A stretch of 63,842 nt of DNA, filler included, from Octopus bimaculoides (lineage: Eukaryota): NCBI RefSeq assembly GCF_001194135.2. It is 6 parts of 5 records of this genome, joined end to end, with 100 filler letters (N's around TTAATTAATTAA, not from the genome) between each part and the next. Parts side by side here need not be neighbours in the genome. Positions count along the whole stretch, not along the records: positions 60,987 to 62,571 come from NC_068983.1; positions 62,672 to 63,842 come from NW_026374189.1; 4 more parts are not named here. One strand, 5' to 3'. Position 1 is the first letter of the stretch. Every line of letters begins with the position of its first letter. Shown one piece after another: positions 62,493-63,842 of this stretch. The notes below the pieces were generated by a model. That model saw nothing but the letters and a program-made list of their open reading frames with translations. It did no database searches and was not told the origin of the DNA. Made by a program: the position numbers and the translations under genes.

Positions 62493-62671
62493 GTTCGTCA
62501 CATTACAGCGTTCAGTATCTCCTCTCGTTCGGCTTAACGGCCTTTAACGTTGTTTTCACTGTTTAATTTTTNNNNNNNNNNNNNNNNNNNNNNNNNNNNN
62601 NNNNNNNNNNNNNNNTTAATTAATTAANNNNNNNNNNNNNNNNNNNNNNNNNNNNNNNNNNNNNNNNNNNN

Positions 62672-63219
62672 TTCGGTAATTTCAACCAATCACTGACGTC
62701 TATTGAGGTGAAAACGATTACGCCGTGGAATGTAAACATCGGTGTCAGGGGATCTTTTCCCTTGAATAAAATTAGTGCCGTTGTTTGTCAACAAAAACTA
62801 TCCGTTGTCAGCAACAACTATCAGCGGTATATATTTCGTTTGTCACTGTTATTTATGACATCGTTCGTCGTTTTTACTGGTTTTAGCTTTAGGGTTTTAG
62901 GGTTAGGGTTCGGGTTTTAGAGTTAGGGTTAGTTTTAGGATTACGGTTAGGGTTATGATTATTTTTGCCATAACCTTAACCCTAACCATATAACTCATTA
63001 CCATAACCCTAACCCTAACCCTAATCCCAACCCTAACCCTAATCCCAACCCTAACCCTAAAACCCTAACCTAACTCTAAAACCCGAACCCTAACCCTAAA
63101 ACCCTAAACCCTTACTGGAGAATAATGATATAATTAAACAGGGAATAACACACTTGACACCGAACAGCACTAACTGTATTCAGCTGAATAGACGTCAGTG
63201 ATTGGTTGAAATTACAGAA
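62672..63219. mobile_element. Palindromic fold-back/MITE-like element with internal head-to-head TTAGGG/CCCTAA tracts
   Basis: 33-bp TIRs with one mismatch (62672-62704 / 63187-63219); TTAGGG-like tract 62889-62956; CCCTAA-like tract 62970-63112. Confidence 0.8.
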
Positions 63220-63439
63220 ATACGACAACTTTAACATGAAATAACTTATTAAGAAGTAATTTTTGTTAAGAAGGCTAAGAGAAAAAGATGTTTTATATGA
63301 CACATTCTACCAGTATCCCAAGCTTGAAAGTGTTTCGTTAAGAAAACAAGTGTTGGCCGTCAAACCATAAAGATCCTTGTTTTGTCCTGTGCTGTCCTTA
63401 ATGTTTTTCTTAATGTAAACCCTTTCCGGTTAGTAAAGA

Positions 63440-63842
63440 AATCTTTATTATTATCATTATTGAGTGAGAGAGCAGTGTATGCCATCAAAGTGACACCGGG
63501 GTAAAATATACGAAGCCCATTATACCCATCATGACTACCCGTCTGATAAGGGTACACCAGGCACATGCATTACAATCATATGTGCGCGACATGCTGATCT
63601 CATATCAAGATAAACAGCGTATGACCTTGCAGGTGGGGCCCAGTTAGAATTTTCTTCGGGTTGAGTAGCGCATCCCGCTCAAAAGGTCCTTGAATAAGGG
63701 TTGTTTAATGATGTGGAACGAAACACCAATGTTTCCAAAGATGAATTATCTATACCCCCAAAGAATTTCTTTCAACACATAGCTATGATGTTCCCCACTA
63801 CTTCTGCTAGTGATCAGAGATGCACATATCGTCAGCCACCAA
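63440..63842 (-). mobile_element. Interspersed repeat, same family as 22698-23145, running off the window end
   Basis: Reverse-complement similarity across GACCTTGCAGGTGGGGC, CTCAAAAGGTCC and GATCAGAGATGCACATATCGTCAGCCAC. Confidence 0.8.

Overview
AT-rich, microsatellite- and transposon-dense animal genomic DNA with many N gaps. The SINE/LINE repertoire looks like a coleoid cephalopod, probably Octopus (inference). No rRNA, intact tRNA or CRISPR is supported. Two host genes are visible, and neither is assembled in the ORF track. (1) A + strand gene with six canonical GT-AG exons whose phases chain without a stop (53876-58565). It encodes a Reeler domain followed by a cysteine module with ECM1/serum-albumin-type CC-X10-C-X12-C and CC-X9-C spacing. 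(2) The terminal coding exon of CHMP5/Vps60 on the - strand (52135-52188, DSVPVDEFGLPQIQSAK*); its upstream exons are not visible, so gene 1 may lie antisense inside a CHMP5 intron. The rest is mostly decayed mobile DNA: a complete but degenerate Mag-clade Ty3/Gypsy element with both LTRs, PBS, PPT and 5-bp TSD (12459-17237); Tc1 and mariner remnants; R4/Dong, RTE and Penelope-like fragments; and many SINEs. Structural oddities include a tRNA-headed element carrying a minimal hammerhead ribozyme, an RTE with a twin-priming-like 5' inversion, an inversion bounded by 74-bp inverted repeats, a palindromic element with head-to-head telomeric repeats, inverted satellite arrays with a perfect 50-bp hairpin, and five artificial N44-TTAATTAATTAA-N44 gap spacers. 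All family assignments are by-eye motif recognition; no searches were run.
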